In this document: positions 18,851 through 25,635 of the stretch, one piece after another
Numbering within the stretch: the first letter of the stretch is position 1
Layout: the number at the start of each line of letters is the position of its first letter
Source of the DNA: Candidatus Altimarinota bacterium
GTDB lineage: Bacteria > Patescibacteriota > Gracilibacteria > JBDHUY01
Assembly: GCA_039809385.1 (NCBI GenBank)
Contig: JBDHUY010000020.1
Coordinates: 1-25,635 of the forward strand
Direction: 5' to 3'
DNA length: 25,635 nt
Translations under genes and position numbers: made by a program
Notes under the pieces: model-generated
Databases searched by the model: none
Told to the model about the DNA's origin: nothing
The model's input: the letters and a program-made list of their open reading frames with translations, nothing else

Positions 18851-19854
18851 TATATCACAAAATCTTGTTTCTGCTGCTTTGGATAGATTTGCCGGGATGG
18901 ATGAAAACTCCGGGTTGTCAGGGGAATTCCGGCCTGTTCCGCCAGGTTTTGTATCGCCGGGTCGGCTGCATGTGCCGAACGTACAAAGAAAAACTCACAG
19001 TCGTAGGTGTCGTCAATGAACTTGCGGTTTCGGTAAGCCAGATTGAGTTGTGTATCCGCAAAAGGTTTCCCGTCGGGTTCCGGCGTGAGCCAATCCGGAA
19101 TGGAGTATTTGTCGGTAACAATAAAGATAAAGTCAAAATCGGAAAACAAACTCCCCCGAAATCCGGGGGCTTGATATTGACCAAAAGATCCTTTAACCGA
19201 GGATCCGATCAGCAGTATCTTTTCGATCTCCGGGGCGGGTAAAAAGACATTTTCAATCTTTTGAATTGCTTTCGTTCTAAGCTCGTTCTGCAATTGTAAC
19301 GGGAAGATGGTTTTATGGGGGCGATTTTTCAGATGGTTTTCCATTGATCTGACAGATTTCACTTTTTGCAGAAAAACCAGATCCCTCTCTGTGATAAACG
19401 TTCCCTCGAAATTATTCGGCGTGTCGTGTTCTAATACAGCAATTGCTTGATCCAAGGTCATCCATTGTAATTGAAAGTTGTCCGCGAGTTCGCCTTCGGT
19501 AAACTCCGGGGTTCCTTTCGTGCCTACTCGACCGTAATAACAATAGGAAGTTTGTTTTACATCCCCATGAGAAAAGTTCTTTCCCGAGCGATATTCTATG
19601 ATTATTCCGACTTCGCCGTTTACTTCAATCTCGCATCCGGTTTCTTCGCGAACTTCCCGTCGTAATGCTTCTATTTTTCCCTCATCGGTTTCTATTCCGC
19701 CGCCTGGCAATTTGTGGTATTGATGTTTTGCTACAAACAGCAAAGGAATACATTCTTGATCGTCAAATACCACTGCGCGAGCAGCCTCTCTCAGGGTGAC
19801 GTTCGAATCTTCATGTGGGTATAGATCGTCCTTTATCTCCTTCAGCAGCTCCAT
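18850..19854 (-). CDS. NUDIX hydrolase fused to a nucleotidyltransferase-like (Pol beta superfamily) domain
   Basis: Nudix box GGGIETDEGKIEALRREVREETGC; C-terminal LLIGSSVKG...SDFDFIF (GS...DxD). Confidence 0.8.
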   Translation of the reverse strand: MELLKEIKDDLYPHEDSNVTLREAARAVVFDDQECIPLLFVAKHQYHKLPGGGIETDEGKIEALRREVREETGCEIEVNGEVGIIIEYRSGKNFSHGDVKQTSYCYYGRVGTKGTPEFTEGELADNFQLQWMTLDQAIAVLEHDTPNNFEGTFITERDLVFLQKVKSVRSMENHLKNRPHKTIFPLQLQNELRTKAIQKIENVFLPAPEIEKILLIGSSVKGSFGQYQAPGFRGSLFSDFDFIFIVTDKYSIPDWLTPEPDGKPFADTQLNLAYRNRKFIDDTYDCEFFFVRSAHAADPAIQNLAEQAGIPLTTRSFHPSRQIYPKQQKQDFVI

Positions 19855-19863
19855 ATTCGCACT

Positions 19864-20001
19864 TTACATTGTTGCAGTTGTCATACCTCTATTGTGTTCT
19901 TCCAATCTCTTGGCTGTATTCATGGTAGAACCAATATAATACTGGCCTATAATACTGGCCGTTTTTCTACTTTTCAAAATATAAACAAATCCTAGATCAA
20001 T
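19864..20001 (-). pseudogene. Truncated GIY-YIG nuclease remnant
   Basis: Reads IDLGFVYILKSRKTASIIGQYYIGSTMNTAKRLEEHNRGMTTATM*; homologous to the 24412 and 25434 genes; 13-bp tandem duplication at 19935-19960; no canonical start. Confidence 0.9.
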
Positions 20002-20021
20002 AGTCGAGCTATCTTTTCAGA

Positions 20022-20055
20022 AAGATGGTCGGCCTTTCAAACCACAACTCGAACC
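20022..20055 (-). other. att-like site mimicking the tRNA-Pro 3' end (GGTTC-N18-CCGACCA on the - strand)
   Basis: 26/34 ungapped identity with 24437-24470; shares ATGGTCGG with the tRNA and pseudo-tRNA 3' ends. Confidence 0.65.
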
Positions 20056-20180
20056 GAATGCCAAAAGGTTATGGGAAATTGAGGATAAAGCAATCGACCT
20101 GACGATTAAGGGGTTGAGAGTGTATTTAATTGGGAGAGATTCGGATGTGAATTTTTTGAAGAAACAAACAGAGGAAAATT

Positions 20181-21668
20181 TTAAAAAACTGATGGAATGA
20201 GATTAATATCTACCACATCATCATTCACGATTTTATCTAATACATCCTCAAGGTGCTCCTTCATTTTCTTCATTGATTTATCAAGTTCAACAATACCAAC
20301 CTCTTCATTCCACCTTTGATCTTCTTCTAGAAAGTTTTTTAAGTTCAAAGATTTTGGATAATTGGTAGGATTATGATACAGGGTAGCTATTTCTTTTTGT
20401 TTTGGTTCCGAAAAATTGGGAAATGGAATAATCCCCCAATATTTCATAGCCAAACTTCCACCATTACCACCAACTGCATACAAATCAACTAATCCAACGT
20501 TTCTTAAATAATCTAAGAAACATTTGATAAAAACAGATAGTGTTATGTTTCCTTTGGTATGGTTTATAGTAACACCATGAATATTTGTAATGGTCTTATC
20601 TCTATCTTTTAATATAACCATCGACCTGCCTTTTTCAAATCCTTCAGCCCCCAAAATAATATCTCCTGCTTTAAGAGTTTTTAGTTCTTTGGGATTTCCT
20701 AAATATTCCTGTGAAAATGCTGTTCCATACTGTGATAAATGTTTCGGTTTTATTACTGTATAAAAGTTGTCTTTGTAATCATTTGAATAAATACTTTTAC
20801 CTATGCAAGAAACTTGTAAATTTTGCCCCCTACTAATCTTAAATCCCATACTTTTTATATCTGAAAAACCTAGTTTATAATTTTTAATTATGTACTCATT
20901 ACTTAGAAAATACTTTGAATAAAATCCCGCATTTATACGGTTGAATTTCTGTAATTCTTTAATTTTTGGTAAAGAATATTCAAAAATTTTGTCTTTTTGA
21001 TTTTCTAAAAGCTCTTTTTCAATTTTTTTTAAAATTTGCTCGTGTTTTTTCCGAATCCCCTTTTCCTTATTGATAATTGCTTGAGTTAGAAGCTCCACAT
21101 AAGCAATTACATCATCTTTGTTAGCTTGATTCGGAAATGGAATTTTACAATCCAAAAATAAAGTTTTTGCGTGTCTTATAGTAGATCCTTTGGGAACCAT
21201 CAAATCCAGTTGATTCAGAAAATATTTGTGCTTCAAAAAAGCAAATAGATAATATTTATTTTGCGTTACTGGTAATTTATATAAAGCTCCTGAAAGTGTA
21301 TGATTTGGTAAATCTTGGTCTAAAATAACAACTTCACCAATATTTGAATCTTTAGAAATTAAAATATCACCTTGTTTCAAATCAAAATTAGTAAAAACTT
21401 GTGGACGAATAGGAATAGCCGTCTCTTCTGTTAGAAATGGTAAAAAAGATTCTTTTTGTAATGCCTTTGATCTAATAAAATATTTAGGTGATTTATAGAT
21501 ATAATTTACAGAACCGACTTCGTTTCCGTTATCGGAAAATTTAAATTTCCTACTCAACAAATTGTTCACAAGCAATTTATTTTGATTTGGCACGCTTAAG
21601 GTTGTTAGCTGACTTGGAGCTAAATTGTACTTATTGCTGACGATGTCTTTGTAGGTAGCAACAGGCAT
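20181..21668 (-). CDS. Restriction-modification specificity (HsdS-like) subunit
   Basis: Two TRD-like halves (LKQGDILISKDSNIG...KGSTIRH...IPFP; LKAGDIILGAEG...IPFPN) with helical spacers; starts 1 nt after the MTase stop. Confidence 0.8.
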   Translation of the reverse strand: MPVATYKDIVSNKYNLAPSQLTTLSVPNQNKLLVNNLLSRKFKFSDNGNEVGSVNYIYKSPKYFIRSKALQKESFLPFLTEETAIPIRPQVFTNFDLKQGDILISKDSNIGEVVILDQDLPNHTLSGALYKLPVTQNKYYLFAFLKHKYFLNQLDLMVPKGSTIRHAKTLFLDCKIPFPNQANKDDVIAYVELLTQAIINKEKGIRKKHEQILKKIEKELLENQKDKIFEYSLPKIKELQKFNRINAGFYSKYFLSNEYIIKNYKLGFSDIKSMGFKISRGQNLQVSCIGKSIYSNDYKDNFYTVIKPKHLSQYGTAFSQEYLGNPKELKTLKAGDIILGAEGFEKGRSMVILKDRDKTITNIHGVTINHTKGNITLSVFIKCFLDYLRNVGLVDLYAVGGNGGSLAMKYWGIIPFPNFSEPKQKEIATLYHNPTNYPKSLNLKNFLEEDQRWNEEVGIVELDKSMKKMKEHLEDVLDKIVNDDVVDINLIPSVF

Positions 21669-21669
21669 A

Positions 21670-23847
21670 TTATTTCTCTTTTATAAATAGATCTTGTAGT
21701 GCTTTTTCTTGACCTAAGCACCATTTTTTGAAATGAGAAATTGTTTCAGTGAACTCTTCGTCTATCAAAGGAGTTCCCTCTTCGTTTTGCTCTATTTCAA
21801 AAGTCTGTTCATTGATTTTGTAGATTGGATTGAAGTATTTTATCCTCTTTGAGGTTCTCACTTCATACCCTACTTTTTTTATGTCTTTTACAAAAACATC
21901 ATAATTTGATTCTTTCAATTTTTGTAATTCACTTTCTTTTGGCTTATATGCCACGATTAGAGTTGTATTTACTCCAGTATCGGCAAACACATTCGGTGGC
22001 AAATCAAACAAAGCCACTATTCTCATTTTTTCCATAAGCCATGCCCTAGCCTTCTTCCATCTATCAATTGAAGCGATAGAATTTGAAACAATAATTCCCA
22101 TTCTTCCCCCTTCTCCTAAAATACGATATGAGTTTTCCAAAAATACTATTCCTAAATCTATCCACTTTCCACTTCTTGCAATATCCCAAAGTTCGTACAT
22201 TTCAGCTTGTTCTTTTTCTGACTGTGTTTTCGGTTCCCACTTTCTATCTTCTCCGAATGGTGGATTTGTCAGAACTACATCAAACTTTTTTAACTTGGTT
22301 TGATCTTTCCAATTATCCCAATTCCCAGCTTTGTGTAAGTTTGGTTGCAATTCTACGAGATTATTTCTATCATCGAATTTCCAAGTGATAGATCCTTTGT
22401 CTGGTTTATACTTTAAAACAGCATTTCCATCTCCATTTAAAAGCATATTCAATTGTGCAAGCATTATCATTTGCTCATCATTATCAACTCCATAGATGTT
22501 GTTGTCATCTAGCCGACTATTAGAGTTAACATATGATACAGAAAGAAAATCCGCAATTCCGCTTGTTGGGTCAATGATTTTTTCAGTGCTTCTCGGGTTT
22601 ACAATTTGTACAAGAAAATCAATTAATGGAATAGGGGTAATAAATTGCCCTTTGTCACTTTTAGAAAATTCGTTAGCAAATTTATAGAAAACAATTTGGT
22701 ACAAATCCGTTTTATGTGATAAAACGAAACTGTAATCCTGAAACTGCTCTACAACCTCACTAATAATTTGAATATGTACAGGATTGTCCCAGCTAATGGT
22801 TTCTGTATCTTTCCTTTTCAATATATAGTGATATTTTGCTGAAGCTTCATTGTATAATTGTCTTAGTCTTTCAATAAATTGTTGTATTTCTTCATCTCCC
22901 AAATTTGTGTGGATTTTTTCTTCTTTTGTTATGTAAAACAGTAAATTAAGCTTTTTAGTTTCGGGATCACTTTTATAAAAATCTAAAAACTTTTTAGGAT
23001 CTGAATTTAAGCTTCTTTTTTCGTCAAAAATTTTAAGGGCCATGATTTGAATAAGAATTTCATAACCTCTTTGGTTTTTCATTCCTATTTTATCCATTAC
23101 CCTCAAGATATTTGAAATACCATCCGTTAATTGTTTACTGTAAATACCTGTAACAATATCAAGATCATCAATGGTTCTTTGTGATCTATCTATGGTAACT
23201 TGAGTGATTTTTTTCTGTAATTGTTCAAAAGAAGGAATCTTGTAGTAAGCATCCGTAAGATGTAATGATAAATCTTTGGTAGTGCTTTTTTCACCTTTCA
23301 AATTAAAAGATTCATCGAGTCTTAAATAGTTATTTTGTTTTCTTTGAAATAAATAAAGCCTTTCCGTGTCATACAAAACTCCTAAACAAAAATCATTTTC
23401 AGATTCTTTAATAGCTGGTTTAAGTTGTTGGTTGTAAACAGTTTCAATATCTTTTGAATCTTCTTTTTTAAATTCAATAACTCCAAGCAAATGACTCCTC
23501 AGCCAGTCTAAAGATTCTTGATCTTTGTTCTGATGATATTTTTTGTACCAATCAAACCAATTTGGATCATCAAAAATTGCTCCATCCAGTTTTATAGGGG
23601 CAGAGTTTTTATTCCCCTTTGGAAAATACACCTCGCACCCCAAATAATCTTTTTGATACAAGCCAGAATGCACTAAGGCGTAGAAAAACTGCCACTTGTA
23701 GTATTCTTCATTCGTCTCACCTTTCTTATTTTTGATGGCATAATTTTCAGATAACTTCTGATTTACAGGAATAAATGCTGTAAATTCTTTGGCAGAGGAA
23801 TACTTACGATCAAAATCCTGTTTGGCTTGTAAGAAGGTTCCTAGCAT
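21670..23847 (-). CDS. Fused restriction endonuclease / N6-adenine methyltransferase (Type IIB/IIG-like, BcgI-alpha-like architecture)
   Basis: GQFITP, motif I IIDPTSGIADFL, motif IV LTNPPFG; N-terminal E..LD..IEFK PD-(D/E)XK-like motif. Confidence 0.85.
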   Translation of the reverse strand: MLGTFLQAKQDFDRKYSSAKEFTAFIPVNQKLSENYAIKNKKGETNEEYYKWQFFYALVHSGLYQKDYLGCEVYFPKGNKNSAPIKLDGAIFDDPNWFDWYKKYHQNKDQESLDWLRSHLLGVIEFKKEDSKDIETVYNQQLKPAIKESENDFCLGVLYDTERLYLFQRKQNNYLRLDESFNLKGEKSTTKDLSLHLTDAYYKIPSFEQLQKKITQVTIDRSQRTIDDLDIVTGIYSKQLTDGISNILRVMDKIGMKNQRGYEILIQIMALKIFDEKRSLNSDPKKFLDFYKSDPETKKLNLLFYITKEEKIHTNLGDEEIQQFIERLRQLYNEASAKYHYILKRKDTETISWDNPVHIQIISEVVEQFQDYSFVLSHKTDLYQIVFYKFANEFSKSDKGQFITPIPLIDFLVQIVNPRSTEKIIDPTSGIADFLSVSYVNSNSRLDDNNIYGVDNDEQMIMLAQLNMLLNGDGNAVLKYKPDKGSITWKFDDRNNLVELQPNLHKAGNWDNWKDQTKLKKFDVVLTNPPFGEDRKWEPKTQSEKEQAEMYELWDIARSGKWIDLGIVFLENSYRILGEGGRMGIIVSNSIASIDRWKKARAWLMEKMRIVALFDLPPNVFADTGVNTTLIVAYKPKESELQKLKESNYDVFVKDIKKVGYEVRTSKRIKYFNPIYKINEQTFEIEQNEEGTPLIDEEFTETISHFKKWCLGQEKALQDLFIKEK

Positions 23848-24075
23848 GCTTTTTAGTTAAAAACTACACACAGTTTACTTGAAGAAAATAAAAAGCCAAT
23901 AACATTTTATCTCGAACCACCTGCCAAAAGCTGAAATACTGCTTCGCAAAGCCATATTATAAAAATACGCTGGACTATTTTTCCAAAAGGTTCATAGTTC
24001 AAAACTCGCGAATAACCGCCCAAAAAAGCCTTATTCAACACATATTCCTAAATAAGACTTTCTGCTGTAATTAAA

Positions 24076-24143
24076 TGGTCGGGGATGCGGGACTTGAACC
24101 CGCGACCTTCCCGACGGGAGCGTCGGGACGCGCTAGCCAACTG
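24076..24143 (-). pseudogene. Pseudo-tRNA-Pro(CGG): D-loop to CCA retained, anticodon arm replaced by hairpin TCCCGACGCTCCCGTCGGGA
   Basis: Identical to tRNA 25452-25528 on both sides of the 20-nt hairpin (24109-24128); lacks the 5' acceptor strand. Confidence 0.93.
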
Positions 24144-24145
24144 GC

Positions 24146-24412
24146 TTAATTCATTTTAATTACTTGATCTCGAATGATCTTCTCCAGATAATCACGTCTT
24201 TTCATTTTCTTGAGGAGCTGCTCTATTTTACGCGCTTGAGGGATAGATGGGTATTGTTGTTGAAATACAATTGTCCAAGGTCCTTTATTACGGGTTGAAA
24301 TGGTTGTTCCGGAATTATGCTCGTGTAATCTCTTTTGAGTATCCATGGTAGAACCAATATAATATTGACCACTTTTTCTACTTTGCAAAATGTACACAAA
24401 CCCTTGAACCAT
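24146..24412 (-). CDS. Small stand-alone GIY-YIG nuclease (UPF0213/YhbQ-like), copy 2
   Basis: GFVYIL...YYIGST, KRLHEHN, ARKIEQLLKKMK; 88 aa. Confidence 0.92.
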   Translation of the reverse strand: MVQGFVYILQSRKSGQYYIGSTMDTQKRLHEHNSGTTISTRNKGPWTIVFQQQYPSIPQARKIEQLLKKMKRRDYLEKIIRDQVIKMN

Positions 24413-24436
24413 AAAGGCGAGATCTTATTTCTTGAG

Positions 24437-24470
24437 AAGATGGTCGGCCTGATGAACCACAGAGTGAACC
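24437..24470 (-). other. att-like site mimicking the tRNA-Pro 3' end (GGTTC-N18-CCGACCA on the - strand)
   Basis: Paralog of 20022-20055; its CCA ends 28 nt upstream of GIY-YIG copy 2. Confidence 0.65.
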
Positions 24471-24580
24471 TGCAACTACATGCTGTACGCCGCTTATTGA
24501 AGAGGCATTGTACGAATTAAAAGCATATTTCGACCAGTCAAATTCTACGGGATTTGAGCAATTTTACAAGATGGTTAAAA

Positions 24581-25063
24581 TTACAACTTCTTAATCATCC
24601 CTATCATTCTATCTTGATAATCAGATTTTTTGTAAAAATTATGAGCACTTATGTTTGGAACAAATACTTCAACCCAAGCAGTATCACATCGTTTGAGTCG
24701 AAAATATTCTTCTATTTTATTCATTAAAGCAGTGCCAATTTTCTTTCCTCGATGCTCACTACTTACAACAAGCTCAATAATGTTGCCAACTTTGGATTCA
24801 ATATGATCAACTTTATCTACATCAGTTTGTTTTTCAATTATCCCAGCCACCATTCCAACAGCAGCTTCATCAATTTTCGCAATATAGATCATTCCTTCCC
24901 TACTCTGTATTTTTTTCAGTAAATCATCTACATAGACTTTTCCATATGTAGATGGTCTTTTCAATCGTTTTAGCGGATCAATTTCTACTAAAAAGTCTTG
25001 TAATTGTTCCATTAAACTAACAAGACTTTCTTTATCACTACTATATTCAACTATTTTTACCAT
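24581..25063 (-). CDS. GNAT-family N-acetyltransferase
   Basis: IIELVVSSEHRGKKIGTALM (acetyl-CoA motif A), NISAHNFYKK; start placed at ATG 25063. Confidence 0.92.
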   Translation of the reverse strand: MVKIVEYSSDKESLVSLMEQLQDFLVEIDPLKRLKRPSTYGKVYVDDLLKKIQSREGMIYIAKIDEAAVGMVAGIIEKQTDVDKVDHIESKVGNIIELVVSSEHRGKKIGTALMNKIEEYFRLKRCDTAWVEVFVPNISAHNFYKKSDYQDRMIGMIKKL

Positions 25064-25097
25064 AGAATTAGATTGAATTGTTTGTCTTGACAATCAA

Positions 25098-25165
25098 TGG
25101 TCGGGGATGCGGGACTTGAACCCGCGACCTTCCCGACGGGAGCGTCGGGACGCGCTAGCCAACTG
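25098..25165 (-). pseudogene. Pseudo-tRNA-Pro(CGG) with hairpin-replaced anticodon arm (identical to 24076-24143)
   Basis: Hairpin at 25131-25150; flanks match the intact tRNA. Confidence 0.93.
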
Positions 25166-25167
25166 GC

Positions 25168-25434
25168 TTAATTCATTTTAATTACTTGATCTCGAATGAT
25201 CTTCTCCAGATAATCACGTCTTTTCATTTTCTTGAGGAGCTGCTCTATTTTACGCGCTTGAGGGATAGATGGGTATTGTTGTTGAAATACAATTGTCCAA
25301 GGTCCTTTATTACGGGTTGAAATGGTTGTTCCGGAATTATGCTCGTGTAATCTCTTTGTAGTATCAATAGTAGAACCAATGTAATATTGGCCTGTTTTTT
25401 CACTTCTGAGGATATAAATAAAACCTGGTCTCAT
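25168..25434 (-). CDS. Small stand-alone GIY-YIG nuclease, copy 1
   Basis: GFIYIL...YYIGST, KRLHEHN; starts 17 nt after the tRNA CCA. Confidence 0.92.
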   Translation of the reverse strand: MRPGFIYILRSEKTGQYYIGSTIDTTKRLHEHNSGTTISTRNKGPWTIVFQQQYPSIPQARKIEQLLKKMKRRDYLEKIIRDQVIKMN

Positions 25435-25451
25435 AACTGTACTTCATACAA

Positions 25452-25528
25452 TGGTCGGGGATGCGGGACTTGAACCCGCGACCTCGTCGTCCCGAACGAC
25501 GCGCGCTAGCCAACTGCGCTAATCCCCG
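25452..25528 (-). tRNA. tRNA-Pro(CGG)
   Basis: Reverse complement is 77 nt; acceptor CGGGGAT/ATCCCCG, anticodon stem CGTCG/CGACG with loop TTCGGGA, GGTTCAAGTCC, CCA. Confidence 0.96.
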
Positions 25529-25609
25529 TTAATGGCTCACTATTTGATAGTGATAGTATGGTATTATTTTCGAGATAGTAACGTAACGATCGGTCTACCT
25601 TCGCCCAAT

Positions 25610-25635
25610 GACTTGAACCCGCGACCTCCCCGACG
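25610..25635 (-). pseudogene. Partial pseudo-tRNA-Pro(CGG) copy, cut by the window edge and 3'-truncated after the T-loop
   Basis: GACTTGAACCCGCGACCT matches the tRNA, then CCCCGACG follows, matching the hairpin arm (TCCCGACG, 1 mismatch) rather than the native anticodon arm. Confidence 0.75.

Larger units (their letters stand above)
24074..25357 (-). repeat. Perfect 262-bp direct repeat (24074-24335 = 25096-25357): GIY-YIG 3' part plus pseudo-tRNA
   Basis: Base-by-base comparison at offset 1022. Confidence 0.93.

Noticed and set aside
2758-22687. Numerous short ORFs antisense or out of frame within the called genes
   Set aside because: Fully overlap well-supported CDSs and lack recognisable domains.
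23935-24075. Possible integrase remnant next to the pseudo-tRNA
   Set aside because: No open frame or recombinase motif could be read.
24076-24143. Pseudo-tRNAs as intron-containing, split or suppressor tRNAs
   Set aside because: The whole anticodon arm is replaced rather than interrupted, there is no 7-nt anticodon loop, and one acceptor strand is missing.

Overview
Bacterial chromosomal window, genetic code 11. The sigma70-r4/HARE-HTH gene and the style of intergenic repeats suggest a CPR/Patescibacteria-type organism (inference). All three tRNA-Pro isoacceptors bracket the window: GGG and TGG on + at the left end, CGG on - at the right end. The middle holds a surface-glycan locus (GT2, DUF2304, GT-C-like membrane protein, two GT4, Wzm/Wzt, GT2-GT4 fusion), hicB with a frameshifted hicA, and small accessory enzymes. 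The most unusual signal is a family of four pseudo-tRNA-Pro copies, derived from two different isoacceptors, whose anticodon arm is cleanly replaced by a 20-nt TCCCGAC-N6-GTCGGGA hairpin (three copies show it in full, the fourth is cut by the window edge). At the right end these copies form a repeated array on the - strand: tRNA-Pro(CGG) > GIY-YIG > pseudo-tRNA > GNAT > att-like site > GIY-YIG > pseudo-tRNA > restriction-modification operon > att-like site > GIY-YIG remnant. No integrase is visible. This is a candidate undescribed GIY-YIG/tRNA-mimic element that may multiply tRNA-like integration sites and collect cargo.
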